DNA of 64,000 nt, taken from NCBI GenBank assembly GCA_021613535.1, contig CP075492.1, positions 19,592,001 through 19,656,000 on the forward strand. The letters run 5' to 3'. Positions within the stretch are counted from its first letter, which is position 1; every line of letters starts with the position of its first letter. Below, one piece after another: positions 52,589 through 64,000 of the stretch. The notes under the pieces are model-generated. The model was not told the DNA's origin and made no database searches. It was given only the letters and a program-made list of their open reading frames with translations. Source of the stretch: Adineta vaga. Its lineage: Eukaryota; Animalia; Rotifera. The position numbers were made by a program, and so were the translations under genes.

Positions 52589-54112
52589 ATGAAAACAGTA
52601 CTTACCTTTCTGTTTCTGATTATGAATGTTATTAATATATATTGTACAACTCGTATCGGTTCGATTAGTGGTGCAAAATACGTCTCCAACGATACTATTA
52701 CTGTTATCAAATACAATAATTCTTGCTCGGAATGTCTTTGTAAGGCATTGTTTTCAAGTCTATCTCCATCTTATGTAGGATTCAACTGCTATATTAGTAA
52801 TAAAACATGTTATTTATTTGTCAATTATTCATCATCGGGAAAGGTAATCAATGATATCAATTCGAAATTTATATTTAAACAAGCACCGCCATTCCGAAAT
52901 GCAACCGAAGGTATATTAAAAACGATTTTTTTCTAAAATAGTTTCTATACGTTCTGCTAAGTGAAAATATTTTAGCTTTGACAAAAGAAAATGATGTGAT
53001 TTTAAGATATAGATAAAATTGTTTTTCGAGCTCAGGATACATTTCTCTCTGAAGATAAGACTCAGACGCAGATTTACATGTCAGATGAATGTTTGATTGC
53101 AATGAGTGGTGAAAATAAGTGCTAAAGGTTACCTATACATTCGCATCTTCTTATTTCATAACATTTTAATAAAGATAATTGTTTATTTGATACAGATTTG
53201 TTTCCATTAAGTGGGATTACTGTTGCTGGGTATGGCAATGGTTCGGCGGGAAATACTAACAACAGTCTAAAAAACCCATATGGATTGGCATTAGACGCTG
53301 CTGATTCACTTTTCGTTGCCGACTATTCGAATAGTAGAGTGATAAAGTTCCAACCAGGTTCTTTAAATGGAATTATAGTCGCTGGTACCGGAGTACGTGG
53401 TACCGCTGTCAATCAGCTTGGTTTACCTGGAGAGATAGTTGTCGACGCATCAATGAACGTATATATCAATGATGATTTGAATTTTCGAGTGATGCTATGG
53501 CGGGCGAATGCAACGAATGGTATACGATGTCGCCGGCACTGGAATAAATGGAACTACGAACGGAACTTTGAACAGTGGAATAGGTTTAGCTCGCGACTCA
53601 AAAGGAAACCTTTATGTGATCATCGCATAATGAAATGGGCACCGAATGCGACTGTCGGTACATTATTTGCAGGTACAGGTACAGGAGGTAATACAGCTAA
53701 TATGCTTAGGAATCCTTATGGTCTCTTTCTCGACGAGAATAATTCATACATATACGTTACTGATAGTGGCAACGCGCGAATTCAGAGATTCAATCTTAAC
53801 AATGGAACAATTGGCAAAACTGTTGCTGGTGGTTATGGAATAGGATCGAACAGTAGTCAGCTATATAATCCTTATGATGTTTGTGTTTCTAAAGCAGGCG
53901 ATATCTATATTGCTGATAAAGCAAATCATCGTATTCAGCTCTGGAGAGTTGGAGCAACAACGGGAATAACTATTATAGGTATTACAGGTATTATTGGCAC
54001 TAATGCAACACTGTTATATGGTCCTTCAAATGTTTTATTGAGTGTAAACGAAAGCTTTCTCTACGTGAGCGATAATGATAATAATAGAGTACAGCGTTAC
54101 AAACTTCCCTGA
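52589..54112 (+). CDS. Secreted protein with Cys-rich (Apple/PAN-like) N-terminus and NHL repeats; compensating frameshifts at ~53528 and ~53615 (possible pseudogene)
   Basis: Signal peptide, CSECLC...FNC...C exon and NHL repeats. The consensus VAGTGING...RDSKGNLYV lies in a different frame between 53529 and 53615. Confidence 0.75.
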
Positions 54113-54435
54113 CCGACTACTGTATATTCAGTGTTTTTCTGACATAAACTTTTATATTCTATATACACAAAATGTGAACGATGTTTTTTACTGATCCTTG
54201 TAAGTTTTTGATTAAAATTGATTTAAATAAACTATTTGAAAATAAATTAATATAAACATCAGCCGCTAATATGGTCTTAACAATAGAAGCGACTATATTA
54301 AAAAAAATGTGACATAATCTGAAATAATTCATTCGTAATCAAAACACGACGGTTCATCAAGATAATGTATAACAATTGATTGAGCAGTGTATATCGTAGC
54401 GATGAACGATATTTTCACAATGTTCGTAGAATTAA

Positions 54436-54759
54436 CCCTTTGACTTCCATGGTATAAAAAAAGCTACACCTATTTTTTCTTATTTCTCATAATACTATTC
54501 ATAGAATCAGCGCGTGATTTTTTGAAAAAAAGTAATAGGGGGTGTTTTCGAATCCTTTCGAAGTATCTATGTCATATGCACCATCTTCACATCTTATCTT
54601 TGCTCTTCTTCTCTTGCTATGCATACAATAACTCACGTATATATGTTGGCATTTATTTGCGGTTTAAATGCAGGCTAGTGTAATGAGTATTCGAGAATAC
54701 GCTGATCCTACTATTTACTTTAACTTAATCTATCAAACAATAATTTGGTAGTCAAAGGG
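54436..54759. mobile_element. piggyBac-like MITE (324 bp)
   Basis: TTAA on both sides (54432-54435, 54760-54763). TIR CCCTTTGACTTCCA versus reverse-complemented CCCTTTGACTACCA (13/14). Confidence 0.8.
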
Positions 54760-57700
54760 TTAAAGAAATGTACTAAATGGCGGATACAATTATAGAATAG
54801 TTCTTTTGCTATTTATAATTATTTTAAAGTTTATGTAAATGTATGTATTATTAGTCTAAAGATTTCAAAAAGAATTTTATCATTAATGTACACAAGAACG
54901 TGCTTGATCAAATAAATCTTAACAAAGGAAAATTTGTATATGAATACGAATATTAATTGAAAAAATAGAATAAAATGTGAATATCTCTTTTTTCTGCAAA
55001 TATGTTGTTAGCGCATTTTACCTTGCGATCAAGAACAGTTTCCCGCCATAGTTTCATTTCTAATTTTGACTACTTATTGGACGGTTAATATTAAGTGACT
55101 GAAGAGAATTTATATGTTAGCTCTATTATTTATCGAACCTTTCAGATAATGGCATCATTCATTGTACAAGACAGAACCGAGAAAAGAGTATTCTTGGCAA
55201 TAATAAACAACTCATTGTCGACTGTCTCTGAGTATATCTTGCGTCAGTTACGTCGAACAGAAAATCTAATGTCTATTTAGTGTTTAAGTATAAAATCAGT
55301 AACGCTAAAAGGATATCATTATCTCATCTCGATTTTCTCGATCAGATAGGATTTCTGAAAAGAAAACTACTAGTTCTCATAAACAAATAACTATATGGCA
55401 CTGAGAAATATTAGCTACTGTGATAGCTTCTCAGAATCGTTGGGAATAACTCTTGCCATGACAGAAAGACTTTTTCCAATGACTGAATCATGTTTTATAG
55501 AGGGTCAGCATTCTATTTGAAAAATTATTCCTCATAACCATAGTAAAAATCAAATTGGAAATTTTCATAAATTATCGATGAAATTATATTGATTGATTGT
55601 GAAAAGTTTAGTCATTTTAACTGTCACTCACTAATTCAACTACTTTTTAACCTTCTACTTCTCATTTTTATATATGCCAATCTCTTTCACAAATTAAGAA
55701 AACAATTATTACAGTCATATTCCCCACATACCTTCACATCTTGTTTTGTTTTCTCTCTTAGTCTTTCTGTTTCTTCCGTGTTCACATCTTCCTATGCTTT
55801 TTCTTTTTCTTCTCACTGATGACGATTTTGACTCTTTATTCAAGGGAAACGCGAACATATAGAAGAACGTCCAATAAAGATAAACAGGAAAATCGTTTTA
55901 GTTTTACACTGATCTTTATTTTACTAACTAACGCATAAGCTCGATTTTAAAATTGAATCTAAATTCACCATTGGTTAACCGTGGAGATCTTTTGAATACG
56001 GCTTTTCGTATATTTTAAGTAGTATCCGTCATTATAGATAGATACGTATTTGTAGGAGTGTAAGAAACTCTACGTTTCAGTAGATCCTGACTACAGTATG
56101 TGCTGAAAATCTGAAAATTTGCGAGCAGATACTTCATCAAGAATGTATGTCAGTGGTATTATGGTGTTGTTTTTCTTCACTTTCAGAAAACGGTTGTAAT
56201 CAAATCTATTTGTTTTTATTTTTATCTATTCTACCTTACAAAAGAATATTTTATACCAAGTGTCCTGTCGTTATAAGATAGTGCGTCTTAGCTGTATGAA
56301 TTGTTAATTTTCACTAAACTCTATTGATTCTTTTAAAGAATAGTCCGTTCACTTCAATCATTAATGCGGAAAGAAGTCATATATTACCATTTATAGATCA
56401 TTATCTATAAGTTCTGCAGTGTGCAGTGCTAGATCAATTAGTCGAAAGTCAATTCGTCGCGAAGATATAATGTAGATTAAATTAAGATTTCAATTTAAGC
56501 TGTTATTTAAGTAGGTATCTGTAATAATGGTTCAAGATCAAGTTGTTGAGCTCCTTCGTGAAAACAAATACTTTCTAAACCTGTTGCTTTATAAATCTAA
56601 GTAATTTTTGAACTACAACTCTGATGCACTAAAATAGTAGGATTACTTCTTAAGAGTTCAAAAATAATTGGAGTATTATTAATAGTTAGGCAACTCTGTA
56701 ATTCTTACAGAAGTTCACTGAAAAATAACACTCATTGATCTATACCAGAGATCTTCATCGTGGTTGAGAATGTGTCGCTGCTGCGCCGAGACGATATTCA
56801 AGAAAAAGGTACCGCATCGCTGCCGCGTTGGTATTTTTGAAAATCTCTGGTTTTTCAAGACTCTGATCTATTAGAACAGAAGTTACTGTTTCTAGTCGAT
56901 TAAGTTCATCAAGTCCCTCACCGGAGTATGCACCAACATCAAAATGATGTCTAAATTCATCGGAAATCGTCGGAACCAGGGGTGTTACTTTATCTTTGAA
57001 AATAAAGATAAAATAAAGAATATATTTATTAATCATACCCCTCAGGTGAAATCGTTCTATGATTTGAACCCAACAACAGATCAGGTTTGCCGTTATTGTT
57101 AATTACACAGTAATATATTATCGATCTTTTTCTTGTTGTCCATATTGAATTTGCCCTCAAGATTTGGCAGGTAACATCGAAAACTTGTCAACAGGTCATC
57201 GCTCAAATCAACAATAATACGATTCAAGATAATCATAATATATTGATAAATGAAGAACGTAAACTCTTCCCAAAACATGTATCGAGCAACAACATCGACT
57301 TTTTCCTCTTAAATTATCGACTCCTTTAATTATTTGTATTATCGAAGCTCGTCAAGCAAACATCGAAAAACGTGCTACACAAATCATTGAATTCAAAAAT
57401 CTGACTCCAAAAAAAAACAGTCACCTCGTTTCCAACGTACTATCATCAGTGTCACTAAAAATATTCTATTGCCGATTGAAACTCAATTATCTATGAATTT
57501 ATATCTAAAGTTTAACATCAAAATACATCCTATCTTCAATATGTATATGAAAGAGTATAAAACTTGTTATTAATACATTTCACATCTCTTCTTTCTTATC
57601 CTTTCTACACTTCTTCCTTTATATTTTCGATTCAGCAGTATGCTTAGCATATATTTTCGTAGTAAACCGTTTGTAATATATATTGATTTCTTTCATTGAG

Positions 57701-58730
57701 AAATAACTCATTCGTATTAATACAAGCCATTCCATCATCGTTCTATCCCAAATTATGAAATACTTTTGTATTATGGTAAATATACCCACACTCTCAAGTT
57801 ATCAATAATTGTGAAAAACTTTAGTTTTGTGGTAATTGTACTCACACTCTCACACCATCACACATAACTATTAAGTGTTTTTAGAAAATTTATCAAAAGT
57901 TTTAGGATGTTTCAGAAATTGATGAGAAAAACATAGATTTTGAAAATATTGAGAGCACAAAGGCGCCCTACGCCTTTATCTCTTCCTCTCTAGTCTCTGA
58001 GGCGCTCCTGTTCGTCTTTGTAAATAAACAGCTCTTGACTGGTTCTTTATCAGTTTCAAAACGTTTTAGTGAAAACTTATTTTTTGGGTGTGGTCATTGT
58101 CACCAACTGTTTCGTGGTGGCCTACTGCTGTATATGATTATAAATAACATTCATTCAACATTTTCAGATTAAAAGAAAATCTAGAAGGTGTGCGAGTGAA
58201 GACAAGACACAACCATCATCTATACTCGTTTTTTTGACGCGAAATTCTATGGACAATTAAAGGTGAATATAATAATCGAAAGCCTCACTAGTTATTTCTG
58301 ACTGAACTGAGATTCTCGATAGATGTTTTATAAACTAATGCCACCTATACATCATATCTTGGAATTTATGCATCGGTCAAGAAACTACCGATGAGATTTC
58401 GGGTACAAAATATTGAGTTTAAATTTCTGGTAGAATCCGTTTTATTGAAAAATTGAGGATTGAAACCTATTTTTGATACTCTTCATTCGTTCTACCTGTA
58501 TACTGAATGTAAAAAAGATACGATACTCTATTTACCCTTTGTGTCAGAATTATCGTCGTTCTTTTCTGCGCACTTGGGATTTTCTTTTTATGCATTGTGT
58601 GTGTTCTCTTATCATTCAAAGGGTTTTTTTTCTTCATATTGTCATCTTGGATATCTCCACCTTTTGTTTTTTAATCGACCAATACTATTTATATACAATA
58701 AGTTATATTTCATCAAATTTAAATTGCAAC

Positions 58731-60384
58731 ATGAAGCTGGAATTGTTACCAAACGAAATATTATTGAATGTGTTCAAATTTCTTCAAGATGTCGATCTTC
58801 TTCGTACATTTCATCGTCTCAATGCTCGCTTTGATAATCTTCTTTTCATTCATTTTCGATCCAGTTATCTGAATTTTAAATCAGTTTCAAAAACAGATTT
58901 TGATATTGTTTGTCAACAACATCTTCCATTAATTTTGGATCGTATAATAGGACTTCGGTTATCCGAAAACGATGAAACTCCACAACAAACACGTTGTTTT
59001 TTTGCTCATAACTTAACTCTGGATCAATTTACTCATTTACAATCACTATCATTGTATGATATTTGTGACAATGGAATAATGAACAGTATGATGAATACAT
59101 TGTGTCAAATCACATCTCTTATTCATTTGGATATATACAGATGTCCTTTTCATTATTCATATATCAACAATATTTGGGGTCTTCCTAGATTGATGCGCTT
59201 TAAAATATTGACAATTCTAAATCAAATCAATTGGACTGATGTACCGACGATAAAATCATTATCCCTCCAACATTTGTCTATTCAGGGTGATCCTGACTAC
59301 AATTTTTCTTTAGAACGTATCCTCAGATATACACCTTATCTTCGAAGTTTTCGAACGCATTTTGACCGAGACTACCATTCACATAAACAATTATCATATG
59401 ATGCTCTATCGATCGAATCTTTGCACTTGTCGTCGGATTATTCACACAATACATTGCAACATCTTTTGAAACATGTGCCGAATTTGTCTAAACTAATAGT
59501 TCAAACTGATGGTAATTATCTAGATGGACATGTATGGGAGAAAATAATTACCGATTATTTACTTAAACTTAAAATATTTCGATTGAAGATGACGTTTGAT
59601 AATCGAGCCGGGATTGATCCTGAGCAACTAGTTGATGAAATGCTCGATACATTTCGAACTAATTTTTGGATTAAAGAACATAAATGGTTTGTCCGATGTT
59701 CCTGGAGATTATGGCGAAAAAAAAAATTTTTTTAATCTTTACACTTTACCCTATACATTTTTGATGTCTACCCTTGACGATAGTTGGCAATTCAAATCAA
59801 CAGATCCTCAAGACATTTCGTACGTTCATCCTCAATCGACATGTGTTCTTTCCTTTCGCTGCTCGCACGTACGTAAACTTCATGTTTATTTACCTCTCCA
59901 TGACAAGTTATGGCCTGTAATATCATCATTTGATCGATTGTCTTCTATTAATGTTGAATCCTCCAACGATATTTTCGATATGTCTCAATTGCAAGCCTTG
60001 ATAGACAAAGCACCTCGCCTATACTCATTGACTTTTTCCGGAAAGTCATCGCCAGATATAGCAAAATTAACAAGTAAATCAATTCGTCGACTTGATTTAA
60101 GCAACATCGAGACTTATTTCAACAAACCGGCATGTATCAGCCTATGTCATTCATCACTGGGTATTCAGTGTGAAGTTCTTTCGATCCAAACGAACGATCG
60201 ACAAAACATTCCCTATCTTGTCAAAAAAATGAAAAATCTTCGAGCATTATGTGTTAAGTGTAATGATAAATCAACAAGATGCCATCTATCCGGATGGTTA
60301 CGACAACGTCTACCACCGAATTGTTCTATTTCAGACGAAGAAAACTTTGCTCCTAGTGTTCGGGTTCAATTATGGATTCGATAA
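58731..60384 (+). CDS. F-box/LRR-like protein (frameshift in A/T homopolymer at ~59717-59733)
   Basis: F-box start MKLELLPNEILLNVFKFL...LLRTFHRLNARF followed by LRR-like LxxLxL repeats; it continues in the 59632-60384 frame (LYTLPYTF...). Confidence 0.8.
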
Positions 60385-60729
60385 TACAAAACATCATTGT
60401 TTCTTTAAATAAAAAGAACTTTTGAAAATATATTCATAATTCTGAATGATAAGTTCGGAAATTTTCATTTCATCATACATTTTGTTAATGAACTTTTGTT
60501 TCGCTTAGCTGGTATCCACGTGCACACTCAAAACTGATAATCTGGTTTTAAAGTCATCATCCAAGAATATAATGCTCTGACATGTAGTTAAGTATCGAAG
60601 ATTTTAAACAAAATTAAAAAATCTAACTGTATGTAAGTTCTGAATATAGGGTGTGGGTGTGGTCTGAGTTGATTGAAAAGTCAATACCCACACCCACCCA
60701 GAGAAATCCAATTAAATCGATAGATGTGT

Positions 60730-62460
60730 TGATAACTACAAATAACTGGTGAACATTGATAAAAATAAACACTATGATTGGTTTCATTGTATATTTTTTC
60801 GAGGAAAAGTTTAGTGAAAAGTTCCACGATTTTTGTTGAGGAGGAAAACGAGTTGGGAGCGATTGATTAAGAATACCAGTGTTTATTTTCTTTGGATATG
60901 CCTGAAAGAAGAATATCTAAACATAATTGATTATAAAAACATTCTAATGTTGATGAAAATGTTGCTTGAATTGGTAAACAATTAACAATGAGATCAGTTA
61001 AAGTCGAATCAGATTTGATTTTATTCAAATCACAAATCTTTAAATTTTTTCATAGAATTGGATAAATAAATATTTCCTTTCAGGTTTTTATTAGCGCCAT
61101 TAATGAATATCTTATCTTCTTCTAGAATAACAATATAATTTGTTAATAATCCTAATATAAATTGATTTGATCGTGTCATTTCATGTATAAATGTATAGTT
61201 GATTGAATCATCAAATTTGATGCTATACTTTGACGTAATAGATCGAAAGAAGCTTGAACTTTTGTTGTTAGAACTATTTTACTCAATATCATCGTATCGA
61301 TTTGAAAGAGAGAATTGTAAAATTGATTAAGGATTTCTTCTATAACATTATTTGAGCTACAACAACAAAGTGTTCGAATCAATTTTGCCATATAGCACTT
61401 AAATTTGTTCGGATATCACTGGGCATAATATCGATGAACGATCGATATTAAACAGAAAATCGATCCATTTTTGATTAATTAAATTATTTGAACATATCTA
61501 ATGAAATTTTGGTCTTATTCAAACGAAATTACTATAAGTTATAGATTCTTTTCTACAGAAATATTGTAAATTTATATATTTATTTTGAAGATTTTTGTAA
61601 ACAATTCCATTTTGTACGATAATTGTTTTCTTCTCAGTTGGATTTTGAATTCAACTATATGTTCTTTAAATAATCAAAGATATCATTAGAAGAACAATGT
61701 ACAAACGAGTTGTTAAAATCTGCTGTCGAATAACTAATGAATCTGATGATCCGATGTGAAATACATTCCATTTTAGCCATTGACGGGCCAGCTAGGGAGC
61801 GAGAGGGGGGGGGGGGCAATTGCTCCTCCTGAAAAAAATGGTCCGGCCCGCCAATGATTACATATGATGAAAGAAAATTCTTCATCTGAATCTTTAGCAG
61901 TTTCCTTGATGAACTTGCGCAATGTATTGGTATTATTATAAATTCTTTGTAATTTTTTCCATTGACCTTTTCATGTTGTTTTCGATGAATTTTTATCATA
62001 AAAAAACAAATATTGTTTAAACTTGATCTAATCGATGAGTACGAGTAAGCATGTCTTCTTCTGTGGATTCGATATGACTAAATACACATTGAGATTTCGA
62101 ATCTTTTTCATGAAGTCTATATAATCATTAGTATCATCAAAAACATCAATATTTTTCAGAATAGTTTGTGATTGTTTCATTAATTTATGACAATTACGAT
62201 TCTCTTGATCGAAACTTTTATCTAGCTAGACTAAAGCAAAGGTTTTTGTTGGTTTGCGATTCATTACAGATCTGATTTACCTTCAAGTGTTGCTTGAGAT
62301 TGGAAAGAAATGTTAATATTGTCTAGGGAATACAAAAAAGGAACACTATTTGCTTTGGTATACTATAACGATGTCAGTTAAATATTTGCAAAAGCAGCTG
62401 GAAAATATAAAAATAATATCATGATTTTTGTCGCATGTGTTACGTTTGAGAAAATCAAGT
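60730..62460 (-). pseudogene. Degraded copy of a Cys-containing membrane-protein-like gene
   Basis: Protein-like fragments FH*ICSNNLINQKWIDFLF and LNQSLPTRFPP/IVELFTKLFLE...YFYQCSPVICSY interrupted by stops and frameshifts. Confidence 0.45.
61778..61856. mobile_element. Tiny GC-rich inverted-repeat element (hAT-like MITE remnant)
   Basis: CATTGACGGGCCAG versus reverse-complemented CATTGGCGGGCCGG, with an internal poly-G run. No clear TSD. Confidence 0.4.
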
Positions 62461-63389
62461 GGAAAATTATTTCATACGAATGAGTTACCAAGATTTTTTT
62501 ATTTCTTTCTGCTCATACGATGTTAAAATACTGGGAAAAAATGAGTATACTCTATAGTTAACATTATTAATGAAAAGTTTTCTTTTGAAACAAATATACA
62601 AGATTACATGTTGTTAGAATATTTCTTTAGTATTGGTAAATAACAAAAATAAATGACCTTTTTTCATATCCTTTGTGAAGATCCAAAAGCAATTAAAATG
62701 AAATACTTTCATATTTGAATATAACACATGGAGTATTGTGTACGATCACCTTCAAATAGTAAAAACAAGCAGGAGAGAATAACTATTCTTTTAAATTCAT
62801 TATTTATAGTTCGAATTCTTCGTATTTAAAAGAAAGTAGTGAATAAGTATCCAGTGTATGTCACTTTCAAACATTTTATAAGTATAATTAAAGAATATAA
62901 ATGAAAATCTAAATTTTTGTAATGAATTAGTTGATTTAAATAATGTCCTATAACAGAAAGTCGGTGGAAAATCATTTACAAGATTTTAAATTTAACGAAT
63001 AAAAATTCATCCACGACTATTTTGTCGCATAAAAGACATAACGAAAATTGTAGAACTATTTAACAATTAGATATATTGTGTTCCATAAGTTCTTTTTTTA
63101 CAAGTCATCTATCAATTACAGCTTTATATTTATACTGAAATTTTGTTGAATTCCTGTCATTCGATTTGGTGTGTAAAAGAACGAACGGAAACTTTGTTCA
63201 TTGTTTATTAATCTTTTAAATCGCCATAACTTTTCATTTTACTCAAGAAAAAATTGAACTTCAAGGTAATTTACGGAATTTTTGTTCCATACTATATGTT
63301 TTATTTCTCGAAACAAATACTTCTTTGTATAGAAAAGAACACATTCAATGACATTTTAATTCTTATTATCATTCATTTGTATTTTCAAG

Positions 63390-64000
63390 TTAATCATTTA
63401 TAAGTACTGAATTTGAAGGAACTATTTGATTATTTTTGTATTCACGAATCATTGATATAAATTCGATAACTAAATTGACGGCCATTAGTGAATTGACAGT
63501 GATTGAATTAGTAGAGCCCCAGAAACCGATTCCATATGAAATGAACGTCGCAACAAAAATTCCTAATATAGTGATAATTATTATACACGTAAGTATACAC
63601 CTGCAGTTTGAACACACAGGTTCAGTAACGATCTGGCCAGTATGAGTACGCTGTACTTTTACAAAGCATTTGCTGCAACAGTAGCCTATCAATAATAATA
63701 CGCCGGAAAAGACCAATTGGCAGAAAAGGATTATATTTAGAGAAGAGTAAGATGCTAACACAAAATTCATTAGAAATGATACGTCTAATTGAATACAATC
63801 TTGCTTGTAGTCAATTATTGTGAATGGAAAGTAACACGGTGCGTACATTACACGAGATAAATTCATTACTAAACGCTTAAAAAAATTAGTTGTTTTACTC
63901 CAATTACGACCAACATAGATTGCGATGATATATTTCACTATAAATAATCCAATAATTATAGTACTTCCTAACAAATATTCTAGAATTGAATATTTTCGTT
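63390..64000 (-). CDS. Multi-pass membrane protein, 5'-partial
   Basis: A 194+ aa ORF with four hydrophobic segments and Cys-rich juxtamembrane motifs; no family recognised. Confidence 0.6.
   Translation of the reverse strand, partial: RKYSILEYLLGSTIIIGLFIVKYIIAIYVGRNWSKTTNFFKRLVMNLSRVMYAPCYFPFTIIDYKQDCIQLDVSFLMNFVLASYSSLNIILFCQLVFSGVLLLIGYCCSKCFVKVQRTHTGQIVTEPVCSNCRCILTCIIIITILGIFVATFISYGIGFWGSTNSITVNSLMAVNLVIEFISMIREYKNNQIVPSNSVLIND

Noticed and set aside
56755-57200. Short protein-like fragment (DEFRHHFDVGAYSGEG...)
   Set aside because: It could be an exon or TE remnant, but no recognisable family or gene model could be supported.
58460-58730. N-terminal extension of ORF 58473-59735 and ORF 58460-58834
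   Set aside because: The F-box motif begins at ATG 58731; the upstream sequence looks like UTR or intron.
1-64000. Prokaryotic origin, rRNA or tRNA genes
   Set aside because: Spliceosomal introns and metazoan-type domain content indicate a eukaryote; no rRNA or tRNA-like sequence was recognised by eye.

Overview
AT-rich eukaryotic genomic DNA with short (~50-80 bp) GT-AG introns. The gene families present (FG-GAP, NHL-repeat, F-box/LRR, orphan 7TM receptors, bacterial-type PARG) and interstitial TGTGGG repeats suggest a bdelloid rotifer; this is an inference. Two systems stand out. (1) A 12.4-kb DNA transposon (31267-43674) is inserted in an LDLRa-EGF-7TM receptor gene, whose reading frame rejoins exactly when the element is removed. 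It has an 8(-9)-bp target-site duplication, terminal inverted repeats, inverted subterminal 54-bp arrays and an internal 17-copy 63-bp palindrome-bearing array. It encodes, co-oriented, a PrimPol-type primase-polymerase, a large unknown protein and a CxC5/CxC6 KDZ-type transposase, making it a candidate self-priming/replicative KDZ transposon. (2) A head-to-head pair of paralogous multidomain ADP-ribosylation genes (16485-22106 minus; 23925-29052 plus) appears reciprocally degenerate. One keeps the PARG catalytic signature. The other has lost it, carries RING and RanBP2 fingers, and has the motif-rich version of a putative ART-like domain. Their 3' zinc-finger regions are nucleotide-identical, which points to gene conversion. 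The remainder is receptor/NHL/F-box genes, pseudogenes and small MITEs. All domain calls are by eye from motifs; no database searches were run.
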